Shown here: positions 14,321 to 26,160 of the stretch, one piece after another
Layout: each line of letters opens with the position of its first letter
How positions within the stretch are numbered: position 1 is the stretch's first letter
Origin: Malacoraja senta
Lineage: Eukaryota
Direction: 5' to 3'
DNA length: 64,000 nt
NCBI GenBank assembly: GCA_038087875.1
Contig: CM075995.1
Span: 6,202,001 to 6,266,000, forward strand
Notes under the pieces: generated by a model
What the model saw: only the letters and a program-made list of their open reading frames with translations
What the model was told of the DNA's origin: nothing
The model's database searches: none
Program-made: the position numbers and the translations under genes

Positions 14321-15319
14321 TGTAGGAGGGAATTGCAGATGCTGATTTAAACCAAAGACAAGACAAAAAGTGCTGGAGTAAATCAGCGGGACAGGTAGCA
14401 TCTCTGGAGAGAAGGAATGGGTGACGTTTCGGGTCAAGACCCTTCTTCAGACTGAGAGTCCGGGGAAAGGGAAACAAGAGATATAGACGGTAATGTAGAG
14501 AGATATAGAACAAATGAATGAAATATGCAAAAAATTTACAATGATAAAGAAAACAGGCAATTGTTAGCTGTTTGCTAGGTGAGAGTGAGAAGCTGGTGCG
14601 ACTTGGGTGGGGGAGAAATGGAGAGCGAGGGAATGCAGGTTCACTTGAAGGTAGAGAAATCAATATTCATACCGCTGGGTGTATGCTGCCGAAACGAAAT
14701 ATGAGATGCTGTTCCTCCAATTTGCATTTAGCTTCACTCTGACAATGGAGGAGGCCTAGGAATGAAAGGTCAGTGTGGGAATGGGAAGGAGATTTAAAGT
14801 GTTTTGCAACCAGGAGATCAGGTAGATCCAGGCGGGGCTAGCGAATGTGTTCAGTGAAACGATCGCCAAGTCTACGTTTGGTATAAGAGCCCACATATTG
14901 AACAACGGATACAGTAGATGAGGTTGGAGGAGGTGCAAGTGAACTTCTGCCTAACCTGAAAGGACTGTCGGGGTCACTGGACAGTGTCGAGGGAGGAGGT
15001 ATACCGACAGATGTTGCATCTCCTGCTGTTGCAGGGGGAGATACCTGGGGAGGGGGTAGTTTGGGTGGGAAGGGATGAGTTAACTAGGGAGTTGTGAAGG
15101 GAACGCTCTCTGTAGAAAGTGGAAAGGGGTGGAGATGGGAAGATATGACTAGTGGTGGGATCCCGATGGAGGTGGCGAAATTGTCAGGGAATTATGTGTT
15201 GAATGCCACGGCTGATGGGGTGAGAGGTATGGACTGAGGGACTCTGTCCCTGTTGCGACGGGGGGAGGGGGAGCAAGAGCGGAGCTGCGGGGTACAAAGG
15301 AGACACTGTGAGGGCCTCT
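14321..15319 (-). mobile_element. 5'-truncated Penelope-like element (C-terminal/GIY-YIG region plus pLTR)
   Basis: Collinear with the Penelope copy at 33047-35090. 13-bp TSD tctattctcaata (14308-14320, 15320-15332). Confidence 0.8.
14423..14450 (-). ncRNA. Minimal hammerhead-ribozyme-like core in a Penelope pLTR
   Basis: Minus strand CUGAAGA-A-GGGUC(UU)GACCC-GAAA-C-GUC gives CUGANGA, stem II, GAAA and a GUC cleavage triplet. Helix I is weak. Confidence 0.55.
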
Positions 15320-16139
15320 TCTATTCTCAATACTCTGACTAAAGAAGGTCAAAGTGCCAAAAGCCTTTTTGACCATCCTATCTACCTGTGACGCCACTTT
15401 CAAGGAAGTGGCTTTGAAGACTATCTTTGGGGTTTTGGCCACTTTGAAGGAACTATGTACATGCACTCCTAGATCCCACTGTTCTGCAACACTCCATAGA
15501 GCCCTACCATTCACAGTGTAGGTCCTATCCATGTTAGTCTTCCCAAAATGCTCACCTCAATTATCTCTGTATTAAATTCTACTTTTGACCTCGATTTATG
15601 ACCTATAGTATGTTTTTTTCGGTGGTCATTTAAAAAACTATTCAGTATGTTTTCTGGTGGTCATTTTCAAAACCTCTTTGCTCCTTGAAAATAAACCATA
15701 TCCATTATATGTAATGAAAAAGGCTGATCCATTGTCTAGGAGGCTTATACAGACTAAATCAGAATCTGAAAAGATTAGGATACAAATCCTTGAAGATTAT
15801 TTTGCTGAAATCAATGCCTGCAAGATACTTTGCAATACAATTTACATTGCTCTGTTCTGAGGCTACATAACACTAGAGAGGCTACAAATGCAGAGGTTAA
15901 ATAATATTGTAGGAGATCGTGGTGTACTGGATAAGCCGAATCCTCTTCTTAAGCTTCTGTATTATTCCCACCATCTGAGTGCAGCCATTTTCCATAGTTG
16001 TTTCTCTTTTTGACTGGACACAAAATGTGGGAATTTAAGATTTTTATCAAGGCTCAAATAGTCTTCATGCTATAATTACACATTTGTTAGGAGTATAAAT
16101 CATTATAAACAAATCACAATATTCAATGCGTGTCTTGAC

Positions 16140-16370
16140 ATCAGGTACAGTGCAGAGAGTGGTAAACGTTGCCCAGTCCATCATAGGCTCGTCAATTCCT
16201 TTTATCCAGTCCACCTTCATGAAGTGCAAGGCTGGGAGTATCATCCTTGATGCTTTCACTCCAGCCACTCCCCTTTCTCCCTTCAGAGAGAAGATACAGG
16301 AGCTTGAAAGCTCAGACATCTAGACTTAAAAACAGCTTCTTCACCCCTGCTATCAGGCCTCTGCACCAAT
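16140..16370 (+). mobile_element. Rex1/Babar-type LINE 3' fragment
   Basis: QRVVNVAQSIIG and RRYRSLKAQTSRLKNSFF motifs. Confidence 0.7.
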
Positions 16371-16502
16371 CAGAGACACCAGGAACTGCAGATACTGGAA
16401 TCTTGAGCAAAACACAAAGTACTGGAGTAACCCAGCAGGTCAGGCAGCATCTGTGGAAAGAATGGATAAGTGGTTTCGGGTTGGGACGCTTCTTCAAACC
16501 TA

Positions 16503-17562
16503 AGGTTGACAGGTTGAGTCAGTGGGCAGATTCTTGGCAGATGCAGTATAATATAGATAAATGTGAGGTTATCCACTTTGGCGTCAAAAACAAGGGGGCA
16601 GATTATTATCTCAATGGGGTTAGGTTAGGTAAGGGGGAGGTACAGCGAGACCTGGGTGTCCTTGTACACCGGTCACTGAAAGTTGGCGAGCAGGTACAGC
16701 AGGCAGTGAAGAAAGCTAATGGAATGTTGGCCTTCATAACAAGAGGATTTCAGTATAGGAGTAAAGAGGTTCTTCTGCAGTTGTATAGGGCTCTGGTGAG
16801 ACCACATCTGGAGTATTGTGTTAAAGAAGGAACTGCAGATGCTGGAAAATCGAAGGTACACAAAAATGCTGGAGAAACTCAGCGGGTGCAGCAGCATCTA
16901 TGGAGCGAAGGAAATAGGTAACGTTTCGGGCCGAAACGTTACCTATTTCCTTCGCTCCATAGATGCTGCTGCACCCGCTGAGTTTCTCCAGCATTTTTGT
17001 GTACCTCTGGAGTATTGTGTACAGTTTTGGTCTCCTAATTTGAGGAAGGACATCCTTGTGATTGAGGCAGTGCAGCGTAGGTTCACAAGATTGATCCCTG
17101 GGATGGCGGGACTGTCATATGAGGAAAGATTGAAAAGACTAGGCTTGTATTCACTGGAGTTTAGAAGGATGAGAGGGATTCTTATAGAAACATATAAAAT
17201 TATAAAAGGACTGGACAAGCTAGATGGAGGAAAAATGTTCCCAATGTTGGGCGAGTCCAGAACCAGGGGCCACAGTCTTAGAATAAAGGGGAGGTCATTT
17301 AAGACTGAGGTGAGAAAAAACTTTTCACCCAGAGAGTTGTGAATTTATGAAATTCCCTGCCACAGAGAGCAGTGGAGGCCAAATCACTGGATGGATTTAA
17401 GAGAGAGTTAGATAGAGCTCTATGGGCTAGTGGAGTGAAGGGATATGGGGAGAAGGCAGGCACGAATTATTGATAGGGGACGATCAGCCATGATCACAAT
17501 GAATGCCGGTGCTGGCTCGAAGGGCCGAATGGCCTCCTCTTGCATCTATTTTCTATGTTTCT
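16503..17562 (+). mobile_element. CR1 3' fragment interrupted by a palindromic pLTR insertion
   Basis: KCEVIHFG, LVRPHLEY|CVQFWSP motifs; tctatgtt tail. Confidence 0.9.
16822..17005. mobile_element. Palindromic Penelope pLTR-derived insertion
   Basis: Perfect 76-bp inverted arms (16854-16929 / 16931-17006). 15-bp TSD tctggagtattgtgt (16807-16821, 17006-17020). Confidence 0.85.
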
Positions 17563-17746
17563 AAAAAGATTCCCGACCCTTCATCATCTATCCATTCACT
17601 TCCCAGATGCTGCCTGGCCTGGCACCATGTTTTGTGCTGAATCAATCACTTCTTTCACACCCCATTCCCTGAGTTGCTGCCACATACTATTAATACCTCT
17701 ACCTCATTTGGTTATTCTGTTATTGTATTGTAGTAGGTTATTGTAT

Positions 17747-20700
17747 AACCATATAACCATTACAGCACGGAAACAGGCCATCTCGGCCCTTCAAGTCCAT
17801 GCCGAACACTTTTAAAAAAAATATTTTTTTTATTTTTATTTTTATTTTTTTACTTCCCCCTAGTCCCATCTACCTGCACTCAGACCATAACCCTCCATTC
17901 CTTTCCCGTCCATATCCCCATCCAATCTATTTTTAAAGGATAAAATCGAACCTGCCTCCACCACTTCCACTGGAAGCTCATTCCACACAGCTACCACTCT
18001 CTGAATACAGAAGTTCCCCCTAATGTTACCCCTAAACTTCTGTCCCTTAATTCTCAAGTCATGTCCCCTTGTTTGAATCTTCCCTCTATTAAGTCCCCTC
18101 TTAACCTTCTGCGCTCCAAAGAATAAAGACCTAACTTGTTCAACCTTTCTCTGTAACTTCGTTGCTGAAACCCAGGCAACATTCTAGTAAATCTCCTCTG
18201 TACTCTCTCTATTTTGTTGACATTCTTCCTATAATTAGGTGACCAAAATTGTACTCCATGCTCCAGAATTGGCTTCACCAATGCCTTGTACAATTTTAAC
18301 ATTCCATCCCAACTTCTATATTCAATCCTCTGCTTTATAAAGGCCAGTACACCAAAAGCTTTCTTTACCACCCTATCTACATGAGATTCCACCTTCAGGG
18401 AACTATGCACTGTTATTCCTAGATCCCTCTGTTCAACTGCATTCCTCAATTCGCTACCATTTACCATGTACGTCCTATTTTGATTTGTCCTGCCGAGATG
18501 TAGCACCTCACATTTATCACCATTAAACTCCATCTGCCATCTTTCAGCCCACTCTTCCAAATGGCCTAAATCTCTCTGTAGACTTTGAAAATCTACTTCA
18601 TAATCCACACCACCACCTATCTTAGTATCATCTGCATACTTACTAATCCAATTTTCCACACCATCATCCAGATCATTGATGTACATGACAAACAACAGTG
18701 GACCCAACACAGACCCCTGAGGCACCCCACTAGTCACCGGCCTCCAACCTGACAAAGAGCCATCCACCATTACTCTCTGGCATCTCCCATTCAGCCACCG
18801 TTGAACCATCTTGCTACTCCACCATTAATACCCAACAATTGAATCTTCTTAACCAACCTTCCATGAGGAACCTTGTCAAAGGCCTTACTGAAGTCCATAT
18901 AGACAACATCCACTGCTTTACCCTCATCAATTTCCCTAGTAACCTCTTCGAAAAATTCAAGAAGATTAGTCAAACATGACCTACCAGGCACAAATCCATG
19001 TTGACTGTTCCAAATCAGACCTTGCTTATCCAGATGCTTATATATATTATCTCTAAGTATCCTTTCCATTAATTTGCCCACCACTGACGTCAAACTAACA
19101 GGTCTATAATTGCTAGGTTTACTCTTAGAACCATCTTTAAACAACGGAACAACATGCGCAGTACGCCAATCCTCCGGCACTATTCCCGTTTCTAATGACA
19201 TTTGAAATATTTCTGTCATAGCCCCTGCTATTTCTACACTAACTTCCCTCAATGTCCTAGGGAATATCCTGTCAGGACCTGGAGACTTATTCGTTTTCAT
19301 ATTTTTCAAAAGTGTCCTCCCCTCCTCTTCTTTGAATCTCATAGTTTCCATTGCTACTCTGCTTGTTTCCCTTACCTCATATAATTCCATATCCTTCTCC
19401 TTGGTGAATGCAGAAGAAAAGAAATTGTTCAATATCTCCCCCATCTCTTTTGGCTCTGCAGATAGCTGTCCACTCTGACTCTCTAATGGACCAATTTTAT
19501 TCCTTGTTATCCTTTTGCTATTAATATAGCTATAGAAACCCTTTGGATTTACTTTCACCTTACTTGCCAAAGCAACCTCATATCTTCTTTTAGCTTTTCT
19601 AATTTATTTCTTAATATTCTTTTTACATTCGTTATAGTCCTCAAGCACCTCATTTACTCCATGCTGCCTATAAATATTGTAGATCTCTCTCTTTTTCCGA
19701 ACCGTGTCCAATTTCCCTTGAAAACCATGGCTCTTTCCAATTTTTACTATTTCCTTTCAACTGAACAGGGACATAAAGATTCTGTACTCTTAAAATTTCA
19801 CCTTTAAATGTCCTCCATTTCTCTTCTACATCCTTCCCATAAAACAACATGTCCCAATTCACTCCTTTTAAATCCTTTCGCATCTCCTCAAAGTTAGCCT
19901 TTCTCCAATCAAAAATCTCAACCCTAGGTCCAGTTCTGACCCTCTCCATAATTATATTGAAACTAATGGTATTGTGATCACTGGACCCGAAGTGCTCCCC
20001 AACGCATACCTCCGCCACCAGCCCTGTCTCATTTCCTAACAGGAGGTCCAACACTGCCCCTTCTCTAGTAGGTACCTCTATGTATTGCTGCAAAAAACTA
20101 TCCTGCACACATTTTACAAACTCCAAACCATCCAGCCCTTTTACAGAATGTGTTTCCCAGTCTATGTGTGGAAAATTGAAATCTCCCACAATCACTACCT
20201 TGTGCTTACTACTAATATCTGCTATCTCCTTACATATTTGCTCTTCCAATTCTTGCTTCCCATTTGGCGGTCTATAATACACCCCTATAAGTGTTGCTAC
20301 ACCTTTCCCATTTCTCAGTTCCACCCAAATAGCCTCCCTAGACGAGCCCTCTAATCTATCCTGCCAAAGCACTGCTGTAATATCTTCCTTGACAAGCAAT
20401 GCAACACCTCCACCTCTTGCCCCTCCAATTCTATCACCCCTGAAGCAACGAAATCCTGGAATATTTAGTTTCCAATCACAGCCCTCCTGCAACCATGTTT
20501 CACTGATCGCCACAACATCATACTTCCAGGTGTCAATCCAGGCTCTAAGCTCATCCACCTTTCTTACAATGCTCCTAGCATTAAAATATACACATTTAAG
20601 AAACCCACCACCACTTATTCTCTGTTTATTATCTTTTTCTTCTTTCTCCCCTACATTTTGGGTCCGAGTGCTTCCCTTTCTCTGCCTCCTGCCTCCCACA

Positions 20701-21609
20701 TTTTCTACTAGCTTTCTCTATTTGTGTCCCTCCCCCCAACCGTTCTAGTTTAAAGTCTCCCCAGTAGCCTTTGCAAATCTCCCCGCCAGGATATTGGTCC
20801 CCCTCGGGTTCAAGTGCAACCCGTCCTTTCTGTACAGGTCACACCTTCCCCAAAAGAGGTCCCAATGATCCAGAAATTTGAATCCCTGCCCGCTGCACCA
20901 GTTCCTCAGCCACGCATTTATCCTCCACCTCATTCCATTCGTACTCTCACTGTCGCGTGGCACAGGTAGTAATCCTGAGATTGTTACCTTTGCGGTCCTT
21001 AACTCTTCTCCCAACTCTATAAATTCTCCTTTCAGGACCTCTTCTCTTTTTCTGCCTATGTCATTGGTACCTATATGTACCACAACCTCAGGCTCCTTTC
21101 CCTCCGATTTCAGGATATCTTGGACGCGTTCAGACACATCCCTGACCCTGGCACCAGGGAGGCAAACTACCATCCGGGTCTCCTGACTGCGTCCACAGAA
21201 TCGCCTATCCGACCCCCTAACCATAGAATCCCCTATTACTATTGCCCTCCTCTTCTTTTCCCTACCCTTCTGAGCAATAGGGCCGGTCTCTGTGCCGGAG
21301 GCCCGGCCGCTGTCGCTACCCACAGGAAGGCTGCCCCCCCAACAGTACTCAAACAGGAGTACTTATTTTCAAGGTGTACATCCACCGGGGTACTCACTAG
21401 TCTCTGCCTCTCTGCCCCTTGCCCTTCCTAACCGTGACCCACTTGTCTGCCTCCCGTGGCCTTGGAGTGGCCACCTCCCTATAACTCCTTTCTATGACCT
21501 CCTCACTCTCCCTGATCAGACAGAGGTCATCGAGGTGCTGCTCCAGGTTCCTTAACACGGTCCCTTAGGAACCCCATCTCGACGCACCTGGCACAGATGT
21601 GGACGTATT
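17747..21609 (-). mobile_element. Near full-length CR1 LINE of a second family (ORF1 esterase-like; ORF2 endonuclease + RT)
   Basis: VIGDSMVRG, HIGTND, DGLHLN in ORF1. YFNARS, SETW, GDFN, SSDH, YMDFSKAFD, YADD in ORF2. (aaccatat)n tail. Possible 9-bp TSD ttattgtat (17738-17746, 21610-21618). Confidence 0.95.
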
Positions 21610-22269
21610 TTATTGTATTTTAATACTCTTGCTTAACTTGGATTTTGCATTTGTCATTGTATTACCATATGCATAGTTTATTCTGTGAATTTCATGTGAA
21701 CCAGGAATTTCATTGAGCCCTTGTGTACATAACAATAAAATAATCTAACTAGTCAGCATCAACCAAATAGCTCCATTAAAGTCATTTGACCCAGTTTTTG
21801 ACAAGAAGCAAAGTTCTCATGGAAACACAAGAAACTGCAAATACTGGAATCTTGAGCAAAAAAACAAAGTAATGGAAGAACTCAGTAAGTCAGGCAGCAT
21901 CTGTAGAGGGAATGGACACACGCATTTCAGGTTGGGAGCCTTTTTCAGACTAATCATCCCTAAACGGCATCTGTACATTCCCTCTACAGATGCTGCCTAA
22001 AACGCTGAGTGTTTTGTAACTTTATCAGCGCAGTAGGTGGCTGCTATTTGTATACATTGGGTATGCAGCAAAGAATTTCATTGTCTAGTCACATGTGACA
22101 ATAATGTATTTCATTCCATTCCACTTCATTTTAAGCAAAGTTCTTAGTTGTACTCTGTCCCTCAATTACTCCCTCTTTTGACAATAATATTTGATCTGAA
22201 TTAATGAATGAAGAATTTAAAATTTTGATTTAATTCATCTTCTATTTAATATTGTGACCTTTGTTGATT

Positions 22270-23130
22270 TTCAATGGTTTTCCTATTACACTTAGCCTCC
22301 TTCACACCAGTGTAAACAGCCCAACCTATCTAATCATCTCCATAACTAAATCCTCCAATCCAGGCAACATCCTAGTAAATCTCCTTGGCACACTTTCCTG
22401 TGCAACCAAATCTGCACTATATTGTGGCCATCAGAATTGTACAAAGAACTCCAAGTACAGTCAAAACGGTGTTTGGTAAAATCGTAACATAATCTCCAAA
22501 CCTTTACATTCTTGACTCAATTCTGCACTGTTTATTTCTCTTTCTCACCACATGATGTACTCAATTATGATACAATTTGCCTAGGATATCACACTAAACA
22601 CAGTTTTCCACTGCATCTCAGTGCACATGGCAATAATAAACCAATACAAGGTAAGCATGCTGTATTATCTTTTTCATCACCCTAACTACCTGTGTTGCTA
22701 CTTTCAAGAAGCTATGAACTTGAATTCCAAGAACTTTCTATTCATCAACATTCCTACATGTTCTACCATTTACTGTATACATCCTACCCCTATTTAACTC
22801 CCCAAAATACATCATCTCATGCTTGTTGGATTTAACTTTCATTTTCCAATGCTCTGCCCAGCTTTCCATTTGATCTATATCCTGCAGTACACTTTGACAA
22901 TCTACATTGCTAACTACTGTGCCACCCAGTTTCACATCACGAGCAAACTTACTCATCACCCCTCCTACATTTGAATCAAAATTATTAACATTTATCACAA
23001 ACAACAAATATTACAACACCAATCTCTGAGGCACACCATTGGTCACAGACCTTCAATTATAAAAACATCCTTCCACCACCGCTTTCTGCCCCCTATCATA
23101 GCCAATTTTGGATCCAGAAAAACAAATTGC
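22270..23130 (-). mobile_element. Degenerate CR1 RT fragment
   Basis: ORF 22738-23007 with SKFARDVKLGG and WAEHWKM. Confidence 0.65.
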
Positions 23131-23224
23131 TGGAAGAACTCATCAGGATCTGTGTGCTCATGAAGAATTTTAACCCAAAACAGAGGACCCCCAGCACAAA
23201 TCTGTTTGTTTGTGATATATATAA

Positions 23225-24310
23225 ACAATGTGGTCATAAATGTAGATGGATTGGTTGGTAAGTTTGCAGGTTACACCAAAATTGGAGTTGTGAACATTGA
23301 GGAAGGCTGTCAAAGGATATAGCAGGATATAGATCAGCTACGCAAATAGGCGGAAAAGGCAGAGGGAGTTAAATCCAAGCAAGTCTGAGGTGTTGCACTT
23401 TGAGGTGTCGAACATAAAGGGGGTGTATACTAGGGTTGCCAACTGTCCCGTATTAGCCGGGACATCGCATATTTTGGGCTAAATTGGTTTGTCCCGCCCG
23501 TGTCCCGTATTTGACTGCTACTACTCGGGTCGAGGGGACTATCGGGTCGGAGCGCCGCGTCCGGCACCGCCTCACCCGTCCCGACGTAGTGCAGCAGCAG
23601 CCCCTCGTCCTTGGCCCCGTCGGTTGGCAGCCCAGCCAGCTGTCCGAGCTTCAGACCTTCGTTTACTGCCGACACCACCACCCGTCCTACTCATGGCCGA
23701 TCATCGGTTCATGAGTTGGATGGGGTGCCGGACTTTGCGCGCAACATCGCGCGGGCCAAAACCCCTCAGCTGGGCTTTGTGTGCAGTCCAGCACCCGGGC
23801 CAACTCATCATTCACCCAGTCACGGCCGAGTCGGTCAACAAATTGCCGTCGGGAATTTACCCCGTATTTTGACCCTTTGTCCCTTATTTGGGAGTGAGAA
23901 AGTTGGCAACCCTAGTGTATACAGTCAATGGCAAGACCCTTAATGGCATTGATGTACAGAGGGATCACGAGGTCCAAGTCCACTGCTCCCTGAAAGTGGC
24001 AAGACAAGCAGAGAGAGTGGTAAAGAAGGCATTTCCTATACTTGATTCATCAGTCAGTGCATTGAGTATAAGAGTCATGATGTCATGTTGCGGCTTTCTA
24101 AGACTTTAATAAGGCCAAAGATGGAGTAGCGGGGCAGTTCTGGTTACCCCATTACAAGAAGTATGTGGAGGCTTTGGAGAGGGTGCAGAGGAGGTTTACC
24201 CGAATGCTGCCCAGATTAGAGGATACTACCTAGAAGGAGAATTTGGATAAACTTAGATTGTTTTCTTTGGAATGTTTGGAAATATATAAAATTATGAGAG
24301 GCGTTGATAC
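23225..24310 (+). mobile_element. Degenerate CR1 fragment interrupted by a hAT element
   Basis: YTVNGKTL..QRD..VQVHCSLKVA motif resumes directly after the hAT TSD. Confidence 0.7.
23431..23914. mobile_element. Non-autonomous hAT-type TIR element (484 bp) with GC-rich, coding-like cargo
   Basis: TIRs TAGGGTTGCCAAC / GTTGGCAACCCTA. 8-bp TSD GTGTATAC (23423-23430, 23915-23922). Confidence 0.9.
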
Positions 24311-25229
24311 ATATGGCTCTAATCCCTCTAAATCTTTCCTATCCATGTACCTATCCAAATGCCTTTTAGATATTGCTATTGTACTAGTCTCAATGATTTC
24401 CTCTAGCAAGGCCCCTTTCCAAAACTATGCAAAAGCATTTTATATGTACGCGGAATCTTTTTTTTAAACTTACTTTATAACCACAAAGCAAAATTAAAAA
24501 TTTAAACTGCTTGTACTTTTAAACTCAAACACGCTGGTCTTCATAATGGTTTCTCCATTTCCTTTTTACATACTTTTTGAACTCCCAGCCAACTTATTTT
24601 TTGTATTTATTTAGTACTTATAAAACTGTTGTTCCAAATACTACAGATTTAATTAAAATGACAACTGCAGTTTAGGAGATGAAATAGTAAGATTAAACGA
24701 GAACTTACCAGTTTGAAGTTTGATCTGTATTTTATGAGGAGTTACGATGAGGGATTACGTGAAGAACCCGCTCAGTGCGCAGGCGCGGCATACTTCCAAG
24801 CAGCGGTGTGGAATCACAGATAGACACAGGTATTTGAAGTAAACATAGTAAAGAAAAGGAGACATCAATTTATTAGTTTGATCCATATAATGAGGGTGGG
24901 AGCGGAGGGCACGTAATCCCTCATCGTAACTCCTCATAAAATACAGATCAAACTTCAAACTGGTAAGTTCTCGTTTAATCTTACTATTTTACTTCGGAGT
25001 CACGTGAGTGACTTCGTGAAGATTTCAAAGCTCTGTGATTTCAAACCGTGTAACAGTTTTATTTCACTCACTGCCGAAAGTTCTTGAGGGAGGAAGTGTT
25101 ATCGTAATCAACCTATGAATCTGTTTCTCAAGAAACACAAAAGGTAGTTATTAACAATAACAAAATTAAATAGCTCCCCCAGGCTTAACTTAAATATTTG
25201 CAGCTTGTAATATTTTCTCTGCAAATAAA

Positions 25230-26160
25230 TCAGGTTTCATCAACGGCTTATTATAAAAGTTCTGAATGTCGTTTCCCTCGACCATCCTGCTGTATTCAGA
25301 ATATGGTCAACCGGTACGTCCATTCTGTCAGCCGTTGATGTAGATGCTGCCCTAGTGGAATGAGATTTAAATGTATTAGTATCTATTCCGGCAGCCTTCA
25401 GTACCTGTTTGAGCCATCTTGAAATGGTTTGGCTCGTTACCCGGCCATGAGGTTACTTGTGGCTGACCCATAAGGCTTTTTCACTCCCTCTGATATTGTG
25501 GGTTGTGTCTATGTAATGTTGTAGATGGGTCACGACACACAACCGTGGCTTTTGTGGGTAGGCCCGGAATACCACCAGTGGATTAGCTGTTCCTGGCCTG
25601 CTTTGCTTCACCAGACCCTGTATGATGAATGTGATATGATCTGGGGTGGTCACCATGTTGTCCAGCCTTAACTTGTGTAGTGACTGGACCCTCTGAGCGG
25701 ATACGAGTGCCATCAACATGAGCGTCTTTAGTGTAGATTGCTCGAGGCTGAGGGATCTGGCTGGTGGCCATTCCCTGAGGTATGTCAGGACCACACTGAT
25801 ATCCCAAATATGGGTATACCTGGGTTTAGGGGCTTGATATCATAAATGTCCTTCATCAGTTTTACCACCAGTGGATGGGATCCCATTGCCTGTTGTCCTG
25901 CTGGTTTGAGATAAGCAGAAAGAGCACTTTGCGCTGTGTTGATGGCACTGTAACTGATCCCTTCATCATGGTGTAGATGGGCCAGGAATTCCAGTACGTT
26001 GGTGGCTGTGGCTGTTGCATACGTTGTCCCTGTTTCCTGGCAGTACTTCTCCCATTTTCTTATGCTGATTCAGTACTGCCTCTTGGTGGATGTTCAAAGG
26101 GATGCCGACATGGTGGTGATGGTTCGTTCGGACAATCCCTGTTCCAGGTAAGATCTATTC
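25230..26160 (-). pseudogene. DIRS tyrosine recombinase (frameshifted)
   Basis: LKTLMLMALVSAQRVQSL, HSTRAASTS and ILNTAGWS motifs. A frameshift appears just before the catalytic FY. Boundaries approximate. Confidence 0.8.

Larger units (their letters stand above)
9540..15580 (-). mobile_element. Older CR1 3' portion hosting three nested insertions
   Basis: Collinear CR1 pieces at ~9540-9995, 13956-13988, 14135-14320 and 15320-15580, separated by insertions with short duplications (accaa, aacctc, tctattctcaata). Confidence 0.75.

Noticed and set aside
13029..21323. SGNH esterase-like ORFs as host enzymes
   Set aside because: They are the known esterase domain of CR1 ORF1, upstream of ORF2.
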